Below, one piece after another: positions 8,928-19,079 of a stretch of 64,000 bases of DNA (positions are counted from its first letter, which is position 1; the number at the start of each line of letters is the position of its first letter). This DNA comes from a virus (taxonomy: Duplodnaviria; Caudoviricetes). The notes beneath the pieces are model-generated. The model ran no database searches. It was not told the origin of the DNA and saw nothing but the letters and a program-made list of their open reading frames with translations. The position numbers and the translations under genes are program-made. The stretch spans positions 64,001 through 128,000 of the IMG/VR virus record IMGVR_UViG_3300037067_013225. One strand, written 5' to 3'.

Positions 8928-9873
8928 CACTGATTATATTCTGATCGTGTTATTGGGTGCCGTGGGAGATGCCATATTGGCCTCGATTGTATTAAAGAAT
9001 ATTCGTGCATGTTATCCTGGATCTCAGATACATTGGCTTATTTTAGACAAATATTTCAGTGTTGTGGGGAAGAATATCTCGGATGTGGATCGTTGGATTA
9101 TTGCCGAAAAAGAATTGCCCAGATTCGATTTTTCTGGGACGGCCTATTACTATAAACAGCCGCAAATATTAAAACAATTTTTATCAATATGTAATACGAG
9201 ATATCGTGCCGTTATAAAATTAATAGGTATTGAGAGAGATGAAATACTGGACATTAAGACGAATTATGATGGTCATCAGGCGGAATGTTTTTTAGAGGCA
9301 TGCAATCGTCAATTACCCATTACAAAGGATATCAGATGTGGTTCGTATGCACTGATTGACGAGGATCGTTCTACGTGGAACGGTTGGGTTGACGGGAACA
9401 TTGATCCTAGCAAACAGTATATTTGTTCCGAGTTGTTCGCTAGATCTGCCGGAAAAACTATCTCCGATACAGAGAGGATATTTTTGGCAAGATCCATGCA
9501 CGATATATTTGGTATTCAGACCATATTTATGCATGCCAAATCGGATACAGCTAAAGCACATGAGTTTTATAACGGGATTGTTTTCGGTAGAGACGATAAT
9601 CCATATATTATGTGCGATCTTCCTTTAGGTGCTGCAACTTACGGTGTCAAGGCTTTGGGGAGATTATTTATAAGTTACTGTACTGGACAAAGCTGGGCTG
9701 TTTGTGCTACAAGCCAGCAAACACCGATATTGGAAATTATCAGTCCCACGTTATCCCAAATACATCCCAAAATTGGCAACATATATAATCCATTCGGTGC
9801 AACAAATATTACCTCTTTGGTAACTTGCGATGTCAACCGTATACATGATTCTCTAAGGGAGATGTTATCTTGA
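8902..9873 (+). CDS. GT9-like (heptosyltransferase-fold) glycosyltransferase
   Basis: LLGAVGDAILAS...IRACYPGSQIHW N-terminal motif; similar to the C-domain of the upstream gene. Confidence 0.65.
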   Translation: MRSRHYKDNTDYILIVLLGAVGDAILASIVLKNIRACYPGSQIHWLILDKYFSVVGKNISDVDRWIIAEKELPRFDFSGTAYYYKQPQILKQFLSICNTRYRAVIKLIGIERDEILDIKTNYDGHQAECFLEACNRQLPITKDIRCGSYALIDEDRSTWNGWVDGNIDPSKQYICSELFARSAGKTISDTERIFLARSMHDIFGIQTIFMHAKSDTAKAHEFYNGIVFGRDDNPYIMCDLPLGAATYGVKALGRLFISYCTGQSWAVCATSQQTPILEIISPTLSQIHPKIGNIYNPFGATNITSLVTCDVNRIHDSLREMLS

Positions 9874-10778
9874 AAATAGCCGTTATCGTTCCATTTTCTG
9901 GTGGCGATATCATATTATCGCAAAAATTGCTTGCGGGGTTGAAACACGATCATCATCAGGTAGACTTCTATACTGATGATCAATTTAAGAATATCGTGGA
10001 ACTTAATCCACATATAGACAAACTTATTACATGTAAGCGAGATATGTTGCCAACGCATCAAGATAAAACTCGTTACGAATCGTTGCTTGCCATTGCCAAC
10101 AATTTATACGATCAATGTCCCAAGGCATCTTATGACAAAGTATATAATTGTCATTCGCTACAATATCCCGGAGATGAGTTCTGGCATAAAATTCGTGACA
10201 AAAAATATACATTGTTTGATTTTGTCATGGATAAGGTTGATATACCCGTTGCTATTGAAGATGTAAATAAAATATATGTGAATGAAGACGATCAGCGTCA
10301 GGCAATGACATTTCTTAATGGTATTCCTAAACGCAAAAATATATGTATAGATTTGATCGCTAAAAGTTATCCATATGATCTCAATAAATTGCCATCGCTC
10401 ATTCATCCCATTGCGTTGCATTCCGATTGCTTTAATTTTATCTTGAATAAGTGTCAAATAGAACAACTGCCGCATGATAGCATATTCAAAAATGCATTTA
10501 ATCTAGATAACGTTTTTATTATCGATAATTATACATGGCGCGAATGGTCTGAGACAATAGCGAGAGCCGATTATTATATCGGAATAGATAGTGGGATATC
10601 GTTTTTAGCTGGATTGCATCGTAAGAAATCGATTATCGTTCGTAGCAATATTTTACCATTAACATATAGTGGATGGCATTATTTATTCGGGCATGATAAC
10701 GCATTGGAATTAAATATTGAAGATGTTGCTCTAGATACTCAATTTAACAATAGGATCGGAGAATGGATAAAAGAATAA
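9870..10778 (+). CDS. GT9-like glycosyltransferase
   Basis: GGDIILS, VELNPHIDKLI and IARADYYIGIDSGISFLA motifs. Confidence 0.75.
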   Translation: MKIAVIVPFSGGDIILSQKLLAGLKHDHHQVDFYTDDQFKNIVELNPHIDKLITCKRDMLPTHQDKTRYESLLAIANNLYDQCPKASYDKVYNCHSLQYPGDEFWHKIRDKKYTLFDFVMDKVDIPVAIEDVNKIYVNEDDQRQAMTFLNGIPKRKNICIDLIAKSYPYDLNKLPSLIHPIALHSDCFNFILNKCQIEQLPHDSIFKNAFNLDNVFIIDNYTWREWSETIARADYYIGIDSGISFLAGLHRKKSIIVRSNILPLTYSGWHYLFGHDNALELNIEDVALDTQFNNRIGEWIKE

Positions 10779-11920
10779 TTGGTTTAGCTACAGTGGACAT
10801 TACTGATGCGGAAATAGATGCCGTAGCCAAGGTTCTGAAAAGTGGAAAAATTTCGCCAGGAAGTGTTCAGCGCGAGTTCGAAGATTACGTAGCGAATAAG
10901 CATGGAATGAAATATGGAACGTTTGTTAATAGTGGTCAGAGCGCGCTTCATCTCTCCTTCGAGGCTCTAAAATATGAAAAGGATTATCAATATATCGTTT
11001 GTCCAGCTACCACATATATATCTACTGTTTTTGCCGCTTGGAATGCGGGGCTTGGGGTCAAACTGGTAGACGTTGATTCTGAGACATACAATATGAGGGA
11101 TTTCTCTGATATCAATGATAAAACAGCAATTATGTGTCCGGTTAATTTAATGGGGCTGAGCGCCAATCATCCTAACTATTTCAATATACCATCAGGTGTG
11201 GCTCCGGTGGTGGAGGATAATTGTGAAAGTATATTCGCTCCGTTTAGTGGATATGGCGATTTTATGTGCTTGAGTTTTTATGCTGCGCATCAGATTACTA
11301 CTGGTTCCGGGGGTATGATTTGTACTAATTCTATAGAGCGGGACCGATTGATAAAAAGTATCTGTAATCATGGACGTGCTGATTCCACCAATCTCTATAC
11401 TGCTGATCGTAATGAATCATACGACAAGAGCAAAAAGTTTATATTTGATAAGGTCGGATTTTCTTACAAAATGGGAGATTATATGGCCGCGCTGGGATTG
11501 GTACAAGCGCAGAGATCTGCTGAGATTATCGGTAAAAAGGTAGAGGTTGCCCACAAACTCATAGACAGATTATCTATACATTCTGAGCGCATTCAGTTAC
11601 CAACGAAAATCGGTAACACTTTTATGAATTTCCCCATAGTCGTCAAAGGTAGAAAAACTGGCCTAGTCAATCATCTAAATGATTGGCAGATCGAAACACG
11701 AGATCTTATGCCAGTATTGAATCAACCGATAATTCAAAAAGAATTGCAAAAAAATATTTTCCGTATGGTTCACACCAAGAATATTATTCATCGGTGTAGA
11801 GATTTATCTGTTTCGGAGAGTCTTCTAGACAGTGGATTTTATATCGGATGTCATCAAGGTATGACCGATGAAGACGTAGAGTATGTGGGGGAGGTTTTTG
11901 ATGCCTATTTCCAAGCCTAG
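10763..11920 (+). CDS. DegT/DnrJ/EryC1-family PLP enzyme, ColD-like (GDP-4-keto-6-deoxymannose 3-dehydratase type)
   Basis: VNSGQSAL, VEDNCES and SFYAAHQITTGSGG, with His at the position of the usual PLP lysine. Confidence 0.75.
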   Translation: MDKRIIGLATVDITDAEIDAVAKVLKSGKISPGSVQREFEDYVANKHGMKYGTFVNSGQSALHLSFEALKYEKDYQYIVCPATTYISTVFAAWNAGLGVKLVDVDSETYNMRDFSDINDKTAIMCPVNLMGLSANHPNYFNIPSGVAPVVEDNCESIFAPFSGYGDFMCLSFYAAHQITTGSGGMICTNSIERDRLIKSICNHGRADSTNLYTADRNESYDKSKKFIFDKVGFSYKMGDYMAALGLVQAQRSAEIIGKKVEVAHKLIDRLSIHSERIQLPTKIGNTFMNFPIVVKGRKTGLVNHLNDWQIETRDLMPVLNQPIIQKELQKNIFRMVHTKNIIHRCRDLSVSESLLDSGFYIGCHQGMTDEDVEYVGEVFDAYFQA

Positions 11921-12605
11921 ATTATTGATTCTGGGTAGCGGTCCTAGTGCGCCCACCATACAGCCATATCTGGGACATTTTGATTGTACGCTGGTTATTA
12001 ATGGAGCTATTAAATTGGTGCCAGACGCAACCCATATGATTGTACAGGATCGCGCTGCCGACAAGCAAGATTGGTTTTCCATTCCTACACCGAAAACAGA
12101 GCGTTATATCGATTATTTATTATCTGAAAAAGATCCACAACCCCATATCAAGTGGTTCCCTCAATGGTCTGCCCTGCCAGAATATGAAAAAGAAGCTATA
12201 TCGTATGTTCATTTTAAAAACAATCCGGATAAATTTGTTTTAAGTAAAGATTTACTTCTAAATAATCGTCATCATAAATATTTATTTGGACACTTTTCAT
12301 GTGTGACATTCGCACTTGACTTAGCGTATACACTGGGTTATACGGATGTTTGCATGTGTGGCATCGACATGTGTGATAAGGGTAGAATCTATTATGAGGG
12401 GCTGGGTGAGGATGAATCAATTTATAGTGTTAAGGATACTGAAAAATTCAAATATCCCGTTACAGAATATCAATATTATTGTATCTCTATGCTAAATGCT
12501 ATGACAGATATTTATTCTTCTGAAATGAAAATCGTTGATTTGTCCGATGGAAATCTCAACAAAAGTATATCTGCGGAACAATATTTCAACCATAAGGATA
12601 TTTAA
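11901..12605 (+). CDS. DUF115/Maf-like (sialyltransferase-fold) glycosyltransferase
   Basis: LLILGSGPSA N-terminal motif and ALDLAYTLGY..V...GIDM motif. Confidence 0.6.
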   Translation: MPISKPRLLILGSGPSAPTIQPYLGHFDCTLVINGAIKLVPDATHMIVQDRAADKQDWFSIPTPKTERYIDYLLSEKDPQPHIKWFPQWSALPEYEKEAISYVHFKNNPDKFVLSKDLLLNNRHHKYLFGHFSCVTFALDLAYTLGYTDVCMCGIDMCDKGRIYYEGLGEDESIYSVKDTEKFKYPVTEYQYYCISMLNAMTDIYSSEMKIVDLSDGNLNKSISAEQYFNHKDI

Positions 12606-13879
12606 TGCTATATAGTAAGATCATTAACGATTTATGGGATACAAGACGGGATTTAATTTCGGACGGTTACGATAGTGCGATTGATTATCTGCAATCATTG
12701 CTGCCGGATTCTACAATACATTCCTTCCACACCGGATATCGAACTAATCACTGGACGGTTCCTCCAAAGTGGGTGCTGAAACAAGCATATATACAGGATA
12801 ATCTAACTCAGGAAAAAATTATCGACATATCTAAGCATGGATTGCATGTTATGTCATATTCGCAAGCTGTAGATATTCCTCATGCAACATGGGATTTTGT
12901 GAACAAACATTTGTCAGATAATGCGAAATGTCCCAATGGTATACCATTTAAGTTTTCCTACTATAAGGATGAATGGGGATTCTGTTGTTCCACGAAGGAC
13001 AGGAGAAAATTTTCTCGCGAGAAATATGATGCAGATTTCTCCATCAAGATAGACTCTGAATTTCTGCCAGGTGAACTAAAGGTTCTCGAATATGTTGTGC
13101 GTGGTTCTAGAGATAAGGAAATACTTATCATGGCTCATTTAGATCATCCATATCAGATTAATGATGGTTTATCCGGTGTCGCAGCATTAATAGATATTGC
13201 TTTGTCCATTAAAAATCCGAAATATACTTATAGATTTTGGATATTGCCCGAAACGATTGGTTCCATATGTATGCTACACAGGTTCCCCCTTCCGAATATC
13301 GATAGCGCAATCTTTCTAGATATGCTCGGTGCAGACGGACTATTGGTTTGCCAACTTCCCAGTCCCGTCATGTCACCACTGCTTGGCTCTATAAAAAAAT
13401 ACACAATGACGACAAAAAATCTACGTTATATAGGTAATGACGATAGAGTTTTAAATTTCGCCGGTATACCGTGTTATTCGTTTAATCGGATTAATCATCT
13501 TGACAATGCTTTTGGAGACCCATATAAGGAGTATCATACCAGTGAGGATAATGTTTATGGTACGAAAAATATGGATGATGCCATTAGTACGATTTCAAAC
13601 ATACTAAATTATTATGAATGCGATGAAACAGTTAGATGTTTTACTAACGAGATGCCGTGTTTATCCGCAATAAACAGTTTATCTACACAAGCAAATATGT
13701 ATAATTTTATGTCGGATATTTTTTCGTCGTCAGAGAAGGAACAAATATTATCTATATGTCGCGATGATTACATGGAAATTAGAGACTTGTGCGAATTATT
13801 CACTAAAGATTATAGCGATATGTTATTGTTGTTGCAGGAATTTGCAAACAATGGGTTGGTGGTGATTCGCAATGTTTAA
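12605..13879 (+). CDS. DUF4910 / M28 aminopeptidase-like protein typical of polysaccharide loci
   Basis: WTVPPKW, LHVMSYS, SYY...WGFC, AHLDHP, NDGLSG, PETIGSI, EYHTSED. Confidence 0.8.
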   Translation: MLYSKIINDLWDTRRDLISDGYDSAIDYLQSLLPDSTIHSFHTGYRTNHWTVPPKWVLKQAYIQDNLTQEKIIDISKHGLHVMSYSQAVDIPHATWDFVNKHLSDNAKCPNGIPFKFSYYKDEWGFCCSTKDRRKFSREKYDADFSIKIDSEFLPGELKVLEYVVRGSRDKEILIMAHLDHPYQINDGLSGVAALIDIALSIKNPKYTYRFWILPETIGSICMLHRFPLPNIDSAIFLDMLGADGLLVCQLPSPVMSPLLGSIKKYTMTTKNLRYIGNDDRVLNFAGIPCYSFNRINHLDNAFGDPYKEYHTSEDNVYGTKNMDDAISTISNILNYYECDETVRCFTNEMPCLSAINSLSTQANMYNFMSDIFSSSEKEQILSICRDDYMEIRDLCELFTKDYSDMLLLLQEFANNGLVVIRNV

Positions 13880-14993
13880 TCGTAATAAACAGCAGCAATT
13901 ATATGATGAGACATATTTGGAATTATATAATCAGGACGATGTTAGGAGATCTCAGGCATATATTGGAGAATTATCTCGCATAAAGAATTTTGTTCCATCG
14001 TCTGGTGCTGTATTGGATATAGGGTGTGGGACTGGTAGTTTTCTCGCGACAGATAAACATTCTATCAAAGTCTTCAAAAACTATACGTTATTTGGTATAG
14101 AGATATCTAAAATTGCGTCGGAATTGGCCGCAGAAAATGGTATATCTATTATAAACGAATGCGATATGGTTGACGATACCTATGACGTTATTATTATGCG
14201 TGGTGTCATTCAACACCTACCCAATCCATTAGACATGATATCTAAATGTTATAGATCATTAAAACCGGGTGGTAGGCTTATATTTTTAGCTACACCAAAC
14301 AGTAATTCGATTTATTATAAATTATGGGGAACGTTGCCTATGCTCAACCCCAAATATAATTTTTTAATCCCCAGCGATACAGAACTGCAAAATATTTTGG
14401 TTAATTTCGGATTCCGGGTTGATGATATAGTTTATCCATACGAAAAACCATATGCTCGACCAACAGATTATATTAAATTTGTTGCAAAATTATTGGGTGC
14501 GAATCTACAATTCGCTTTTCCTCATAACATGATGGAAATATATGCGACGAAGCCAACTCCTATAAAATATGATAAATATTCGGTTATAACATCATTGGGT
14601 GACTTAATAGACTCGATGGAGACAATTCACTTAAAGTTGGAGCATCATAAAGATCCGACAGTATTGGATCGATTAGAAGAACAACGTAAAGTCATAGCTA
14701 TGTCTATTAGGCTGATAGAAAATGGTTCGTGTGCTTTCCTCTCGTTTCCTAAATATAAGGTATATGATGCCGACATAGATATTCCATTTATGGGTTATGG
14801 GGATGCCGTGAATGAACTCAAAAAAACAGTTAGGGATTTATGGGATTTGCAAGAATTTGTCAATCTTAAAAAGTATACCTCAGCTACCAGGGAGGATATG
14901 TTGGCATATATTGCGGAACTAGATTCACTAAACAGAAAGCGAAATTACCTCATAGATAGAATCAACACCATATTTAAGGACGAACATCAATGA
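13872..14993 (+). CDS. Class I SAM-dependent methyltransferase with helical C-terminal extension
   Basis: VLDIGCGTG, YDVI...VIQHL.NP, LKPGG. Confidence 0.85.
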   Translation: MFNRNKQQQLYDETYLELYNQDDVRRSQAYIGELSRIKNFVPSSGAVLDIGCGTGSFLATDKHSIKVFKNYTLFGIEISKIASELAAENGISIINECDMVDDTYDVIIMRGVIQHLPNPLDMISKCYRSLKPGGRLIFLATPNSNSIYYKLWGTLPMLNPKYNFLIPSDTELQNILVNFGFRVDDIVYPYEKPYARPTDYIKFVAKLLGANLQFAFPHNMMEIYATKPTPIKYDKYSVITSLGDLIDSMETIHLKLEHHKDPTVLDRLEEQRKVIAMSIRLIENGSCAFLSFPKYKVYDADIDIPFMGYGDAVNELKKTVRDLWDLQEFVNLKKYTSATREDMLAYIAELDSLNRKRNYLIDRINTIFKDEHQ

Positions 14994-16027
14994 ACGCTCT
15001 AGTAACGGGTATTTCGGGTCAAGATGGGAGTTATCTGGCAGAATTACTTTTAGACGAGGGGATTTCTGTCATCGGTATGTATCGTCGTTCCGCTGCACCA
15101 AATCTATGGCGACTCAAAAATTGCATCAATCATCCCAATCTGCAATTAATCGAGGGGGATCTAACTGACACGCAATCAGTCAACAACATTATTAAAAACG
15201 TTCACCCGACATATCTATTCAATTTGGCAGCTAACTCGTATGTTGCGTCATCATTTATCACACCAGAATCCGTCATAGATATCAATGGAACCGGTGTGGT
15301 TAGGCTACTAGAGGCTCTAAAAAACTATTCACCAGACACCATATTCTATCAAGCTAGTACATCAGAACTATATGGATCTAACTCATCCATATATTCACCA
15401 CAGGATGAACAAACGCCATTTATGCCAGCAAGCCCTTATGGGCTTGCTAAATTATTAGCATATCATGCCGTAAAACATTACAAGAATGCTTATGGGCTTA
15501 AAACATATCAAGGTATACTTTTCAATCACGAAGGTCCGCGCCGTGGCATTAATTTTGTTACAAGAAAAATTTCTCATGCTGTCGCGCAAATGGTATCTGG
15601 CAAGACGGAATGTATGTTACTTGGCAATCTCAACTCGTGTCGCGATTGGGGACATGCTAAGAGCTATGTTAAATGTATGTGGAAGTTGGTCAATCAGGAT
15701 AAAATAGATACCGTTGTAATCGGAACCGGTACCACACATACCGTGAGGGAATTCTGCGAATCAGCTTTTAAATCCGTAGGTATGCATATAAAATGGAGTG
15801 GAGACGGAATTAATGAAATCGGATATGATGATAAAGATATCGCCAGAGTAGCCATTGATCCGAAATATTTTAGACCGGAAGAAGTGGGATATTTGTTATC
15901 TAGGCCGGATTTAGCTAAATCAGTTTTGGGTTGGAATCCACATTCGATTGCTTTCGAAGACATGGTGAGCGAAATGGTGTTTACCGATCTCTACAGGATT
16001 GAACACGGAGTGTTGAATGAGTTTTAA
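14990..16027 (+). CDS. gmd: GDP-mannose 4,6-dehydratase
   Basis: ALVTGISGQDGSYLAELL, YQASTSELYG, SPYGLAK, GILFNHEGPRRG.NFVTRKI, RDWGHA, FRPEEV. Confidence 0.95.
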   Translation: MNALVTGISGQDGSYLAELLLDEGISVIGMYRRSAAPNLWRLKNCINHPNLQLIEGDLTDTQSVNNIIKNVHPTYLFNLAANSYVASSFITPESVIDINGTGVVRLLEALKNYSPDTIFYQASTSELYGSNSSIYSPQDEQTPFMPASPYGLAKLLAYHAVKHYKNAYGLKTYQGILFNHEGPRRGINFVTRKISHAVAQMVSGKTECMLLGNLNSCRDWGHAKSYVKCMWKLVNQDKIDTVVIGTGTTHTVREFCESAFKSVGMHIKWSGDGINEIGYDDKDIARVAIDPKYFRPEEVGYLLSRPDLAKSVLGWNPHSIAFEDMVSEMVFTDLYRIEHGVLNEF

Positions 16028-16958
16028 GGTGGATGGGATCATTGTTTTGGCTGGCGGAGAAGGAATGCGATTACGCCCATTAACATTTGATATGCCGAAA
16101 ATATTAGTGCCATTTATGCACTACGATACATATTTGCGTTACTTATTAGCATATCTGGATATGTCATTGCCGGGTATTCCTGTGGCGATTTCTGCCGGAT
16201 ATAAAGCCGATCAAATACAGGGACTTTGTTTTCCAGGGAACCCTATGGTGGTTGTGGAGGACGTGCCATTGGGTACTGGTGGGGCAATTGTCGAAGCCAT
16301 TAAACAAACAGGATTTAAGTACCCTCTAATTATGAATGGTGATTGTTTGATGGACGATATCGATTTAGACTATTTCGTGGCAAGCGCTCAAGAAAGAGAT
16401 TGTTGGTGTACTATTTTGGGAGTTTGGAAACATAATGCATCCAGATATGGAAATATTCGGGTAGATGGCGATATCATTAGTGAATTCGTAGAGAAATCCC
16501 CCATACCATTATCGACAATGGATCATAGAGGTCTTATATCGTCGGGTATTTATATTATAGATGCTAAAAAATATCTCGATGTTACATCGCATTGTAATGG
16601 GCGTTTTTCTATAGAAAAAGAGGTATTCGAAAAACATCATGATATCGCTATTGGTTATGATAAATATATTGGATCTAGCGATCTAAATACTTATGTCGAT
16701 ATCGGAACCATAGAATCATATCGAGACAGTCAGGTGCGTTTGGCTGGTGGTAATCCGGTGATTCACAAGACGGCCATTATTGGTTCGACTACCTTAATCG
16801 ATAACAGTATTATACATGAAGGTGTACATATCGGAGATGGTTGCTTAATAGATAGATGTATTATTGCTAGAAATGCCGTTATTGAGGATAATTGTGAGTT
16901 AAAAAATGTATGTATCGCTGCCAAATCAATAATTAAACGAGGTACTAGACTATGTTGA
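16017..16958 (+). CDS. Sugar-1-phosphate guanylyltransferase (mannose-1-P or heptose-1-P type) with C-terminal hexapeptide repeats
   Basis: VLAGGEGMRLRPLT..PK, PLGTGGAI, MNGD, FVEK, DIGT; left-handed beta-helix tail. Confidence 0.85.
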   Translation: MSFKVDGIIVLAGGEGMRLRPLTFDMPKILVPFMHYDTYLRYLLAYLDMSLPGIPVAISAGYKADQIQGLCFPGNPMVVVEDVPLGTGGAIVEAIKQTGFKYPLIMNGDCLMDDIDLDYFVASAQERDCWCTILGVWKHNASRYGNIRVDGDIISEFVEKSPIPLSTMDHRGLISSGIYIIDAKKYLDVTSHCNGRFSIEKEVFEKHHDIAIGYDKYIGSSDLNTYVDIGTIESYRDSQVRLAGGNPVIHKTAIIGSTTLIDNSIIHEGVHIGDGCLIDRCIIARNAVIEDNCELKNVCIAAKSIIKRGTRLC

Positions 16959-18214
16959 TGTTAGGTACAGCCGGTGCTCGATGGGATTCTGATATAAATG
17001 ATAATGAAATAGATTTTCTCATACTAAGATTTTATCGATATATTTGTGAACAAAGAAACAATTATAAATACATTGCTGATAAAATTTATGTTGGTTTTGA
17101 TGCTCGACCGCAAAGTGCCGTTTTAGCTAGAAGGATAAAGGCATTAATAGATATTGCGCCAAACGACGACAGGATACATTTGGTTAATGGTGTTCCGATT
17201 ACAACGCCCATGTTGTGTCGTATCTGCCAAGAACATAGGGCTTATGGTATGATGTTTACTGCTTCGCACAATCCCTCCAACTATGTTGGTGTTAAATTTA
17301 TTACTCCGGACGGGACTTTATTTGAGAGCGGCGATGTTTCACGTATCAATGGATTGCATGTAGGATTGGATGTGGAATATCATCCGGTAATGGAGTTCTA
17401 TCGACTTTTCGATCTGGTTAAGTTTAAAAATAAAGAATACTCATTCAGTACATTGGGCGGGGCTGCAAGGGGATATATAAGGGATATTTTTCAGGGTGGA
17501 ATTGAGGAAGATAATACACCGGCATTGGGTAATTCTTTAGAGCCAAGGGAGAACAATGTTGTTTTGCCGAGACAGAATGGAATAACGTTCGCATTGGATG
17601 GTGATGGTGATCGATTGTTGGTATTCATTGATGGTCAGGCGCTCACACCCAGTGAAACTTTCATGTTATTTGTCAAGGCATCGATGAAATATCGCGCTTT
17701 GTCTCATGCTATAGCGGCATACAATATGTCTAACACAATAGAGCAATATTGTACAGAAAATTATATATCATTTGAATGGAGTAAAATAGGATTCCAGCAT
17801 ATAACCCCCAAATATAAAGCTGTATCTGGTTTTGTTGCTGCTGGTGAGGAATCCGGTGGATTAGCTTTGCATCCCGTTTTCAGTGATCGGGATGGTATAG
17901 CAGCGGCGATAATCCTGATGGAATATAATGAGAATTATGGTCTGCGACATGAATTGAGCTATATTCGCAACAGATTCGGACGTATGCGATATAATAGATA
18001 TGATTTACGCAATCAGACTATATCCGACATTACCAAGAAAATTCCGGAACTAAATTCATTGATGCAGAATATTGATGGAGAAAAATATCTGTTTGAGTCT
18101 GGTTGGATGATGCTTAGAGAATCTGGAACGGAGCCGCTAACTCGCATATATTGCGAAACATATTACGATGATAATTTTGATCTAAAACAATTTATCGATG
18201 GCAGAATATCTTGA
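16952..18214 (+). CDS. manB: Phosphomannomutase/phosphoglucomutase
   Basis: TASHNP phosphoserine loop, DGDGDR metal loop, GEESGG, RESGTEP. Confidence 0.9.
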   Translation: MLMLGTAGARWDSDINDNEIDFLILRFYRYICEQRNNYKYIADKIYVGFDARPQSAVLARRIKALIDIAPNDDRIHLVNGVPITTPMLCRICQEHRAYGMMFTASHNPSNYVGVKFITPDGTLFESGDVSRINGLHVGLDVEYHPVMEFYRLFDLVKFKNKEYSFSTLGGAARGYIRDIFQGGIEEDNTPALGNSLEPRENNVVLPRQNGITFALDGDGDRLLVFIDGQALTPSETFMLFVKASMKYRALSHAIAAYNMSNTIEQYCTENYISFEWSKIGFQHITPKYKAVSGFVAAGEESGGLALHPVFSDRDGIAAAIILMEYNENYGLRHELSYIRNRFGRMRYNRYDLRNQTISDITKKIPELNSLMQNIDGEKYLFESGWMMLRESGTEPLTRIYCETYYDDNFDLKQFIDGRIS

Positions 18215-18945
18215 TATCTATAGTAACGCCCATACTTGGTAGGGCGGAATTTATACCTATAATTCGTAAGATTGTCGCATCGCAGAAATATGATAGTTTT
18301 GAATGGATTATTGCCGAAGAGAGAGAAAGTTTCAACGCGCATCAGACCAATATACCAGAAGCGAATTATATAATTGTAGACGGTGGAATGAATATCGGTG
18401 ATAAAAGAAATCTCCTAGTAGAACGAGCAAGTGGAGATATCATTGTAAACTTTGACTTAGATGATTATTATTCACCATCATATCTATCTGCCGCAGCACA
18501 ATTAATCTGCAATTATGCGGCTGTGAATCACGATCCGCTATATCTGTATTCATTGCGGAATAGGACTGTACAAAGAGCCATACGCAGGCCGTATTGGGGT
18601 TCTGGAGCCGTCTATACACGCGATATCTGGGCCAAACACACATATCCTGCCGCAACGGTACGTCAGGGCGAAGACACTGTTTTCTTTCGTAGGATCGCTG
18701 AATTGTACGGTCTTAATCGTGTAGGGGGACTTTTGGCAACCTCACAATTATCGGCGCTGATGTTAGCGATACGTCACGGTGCTAATACTACGGTAGATAA
18801 ACGCCGTGGAAGCGTGATACCGGACAATAGTGCTGAGTTTCTAATGGGGCGGGTTCAAGACAGGGATATTTTGGATTTTTATATGGTTAAAGGAGGTTTT
18901 TCTCGATCAGTGCCTTCAACCGCACGAAGTCGTCGGGTGAGATAA
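18211..18945 (+). CDS. GT2-family glycosyltransferase
   Basis: MISIVTP, IGDKRN.L...ASGDIIVNFDLDDYY, GED. Confidence 0.85.
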   Translation: MISIVTPILGRAEFIPIIRKIVASQKYDSFEWIIAEERESFNAHQTNIPEANYIIVDGGMNIGDKRNLLVERASGDIIVNFDLDDYYSPSYLSAAAQLICNYAAVNHDPLYLYSLRNRTVQRAIRRPYWGSGAVYTRDIWAKHTYPAATVRQGEDTVFFRRIAELYGLNRVGGLLATSQLSALMLAIRHGANTTVDKRRGSVIPDNSAEFLMGRVQDRDILDFYMVKGGFSRSVPSTARSRRVR

Positions 18946-19078
18946 GATTGGCACGTTTGGTTGCAATTTCCGTAATCACAGCATTATAGAACACCGTCAA
19001 CAACTCCTTGGCTCTATAAAGATCGTCTATTTTTTCAATAGCATTTAGAGTATTAGTTTCGATGGGTGTTTTAGACAT
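18887..19078 (-). CDS. Small hypothetical protein
   Basis: 63-aa ORF starting 2 nt after the TlpA stop. Confidence 0.5.
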   Translation of the reverse strand: MSKTPIETNTLNAIEKIDDLYRAKELLTVFYNAVITEIATKRANLISPDDFVRLKALIEKNLL

Positions 19079-19079
19079 T

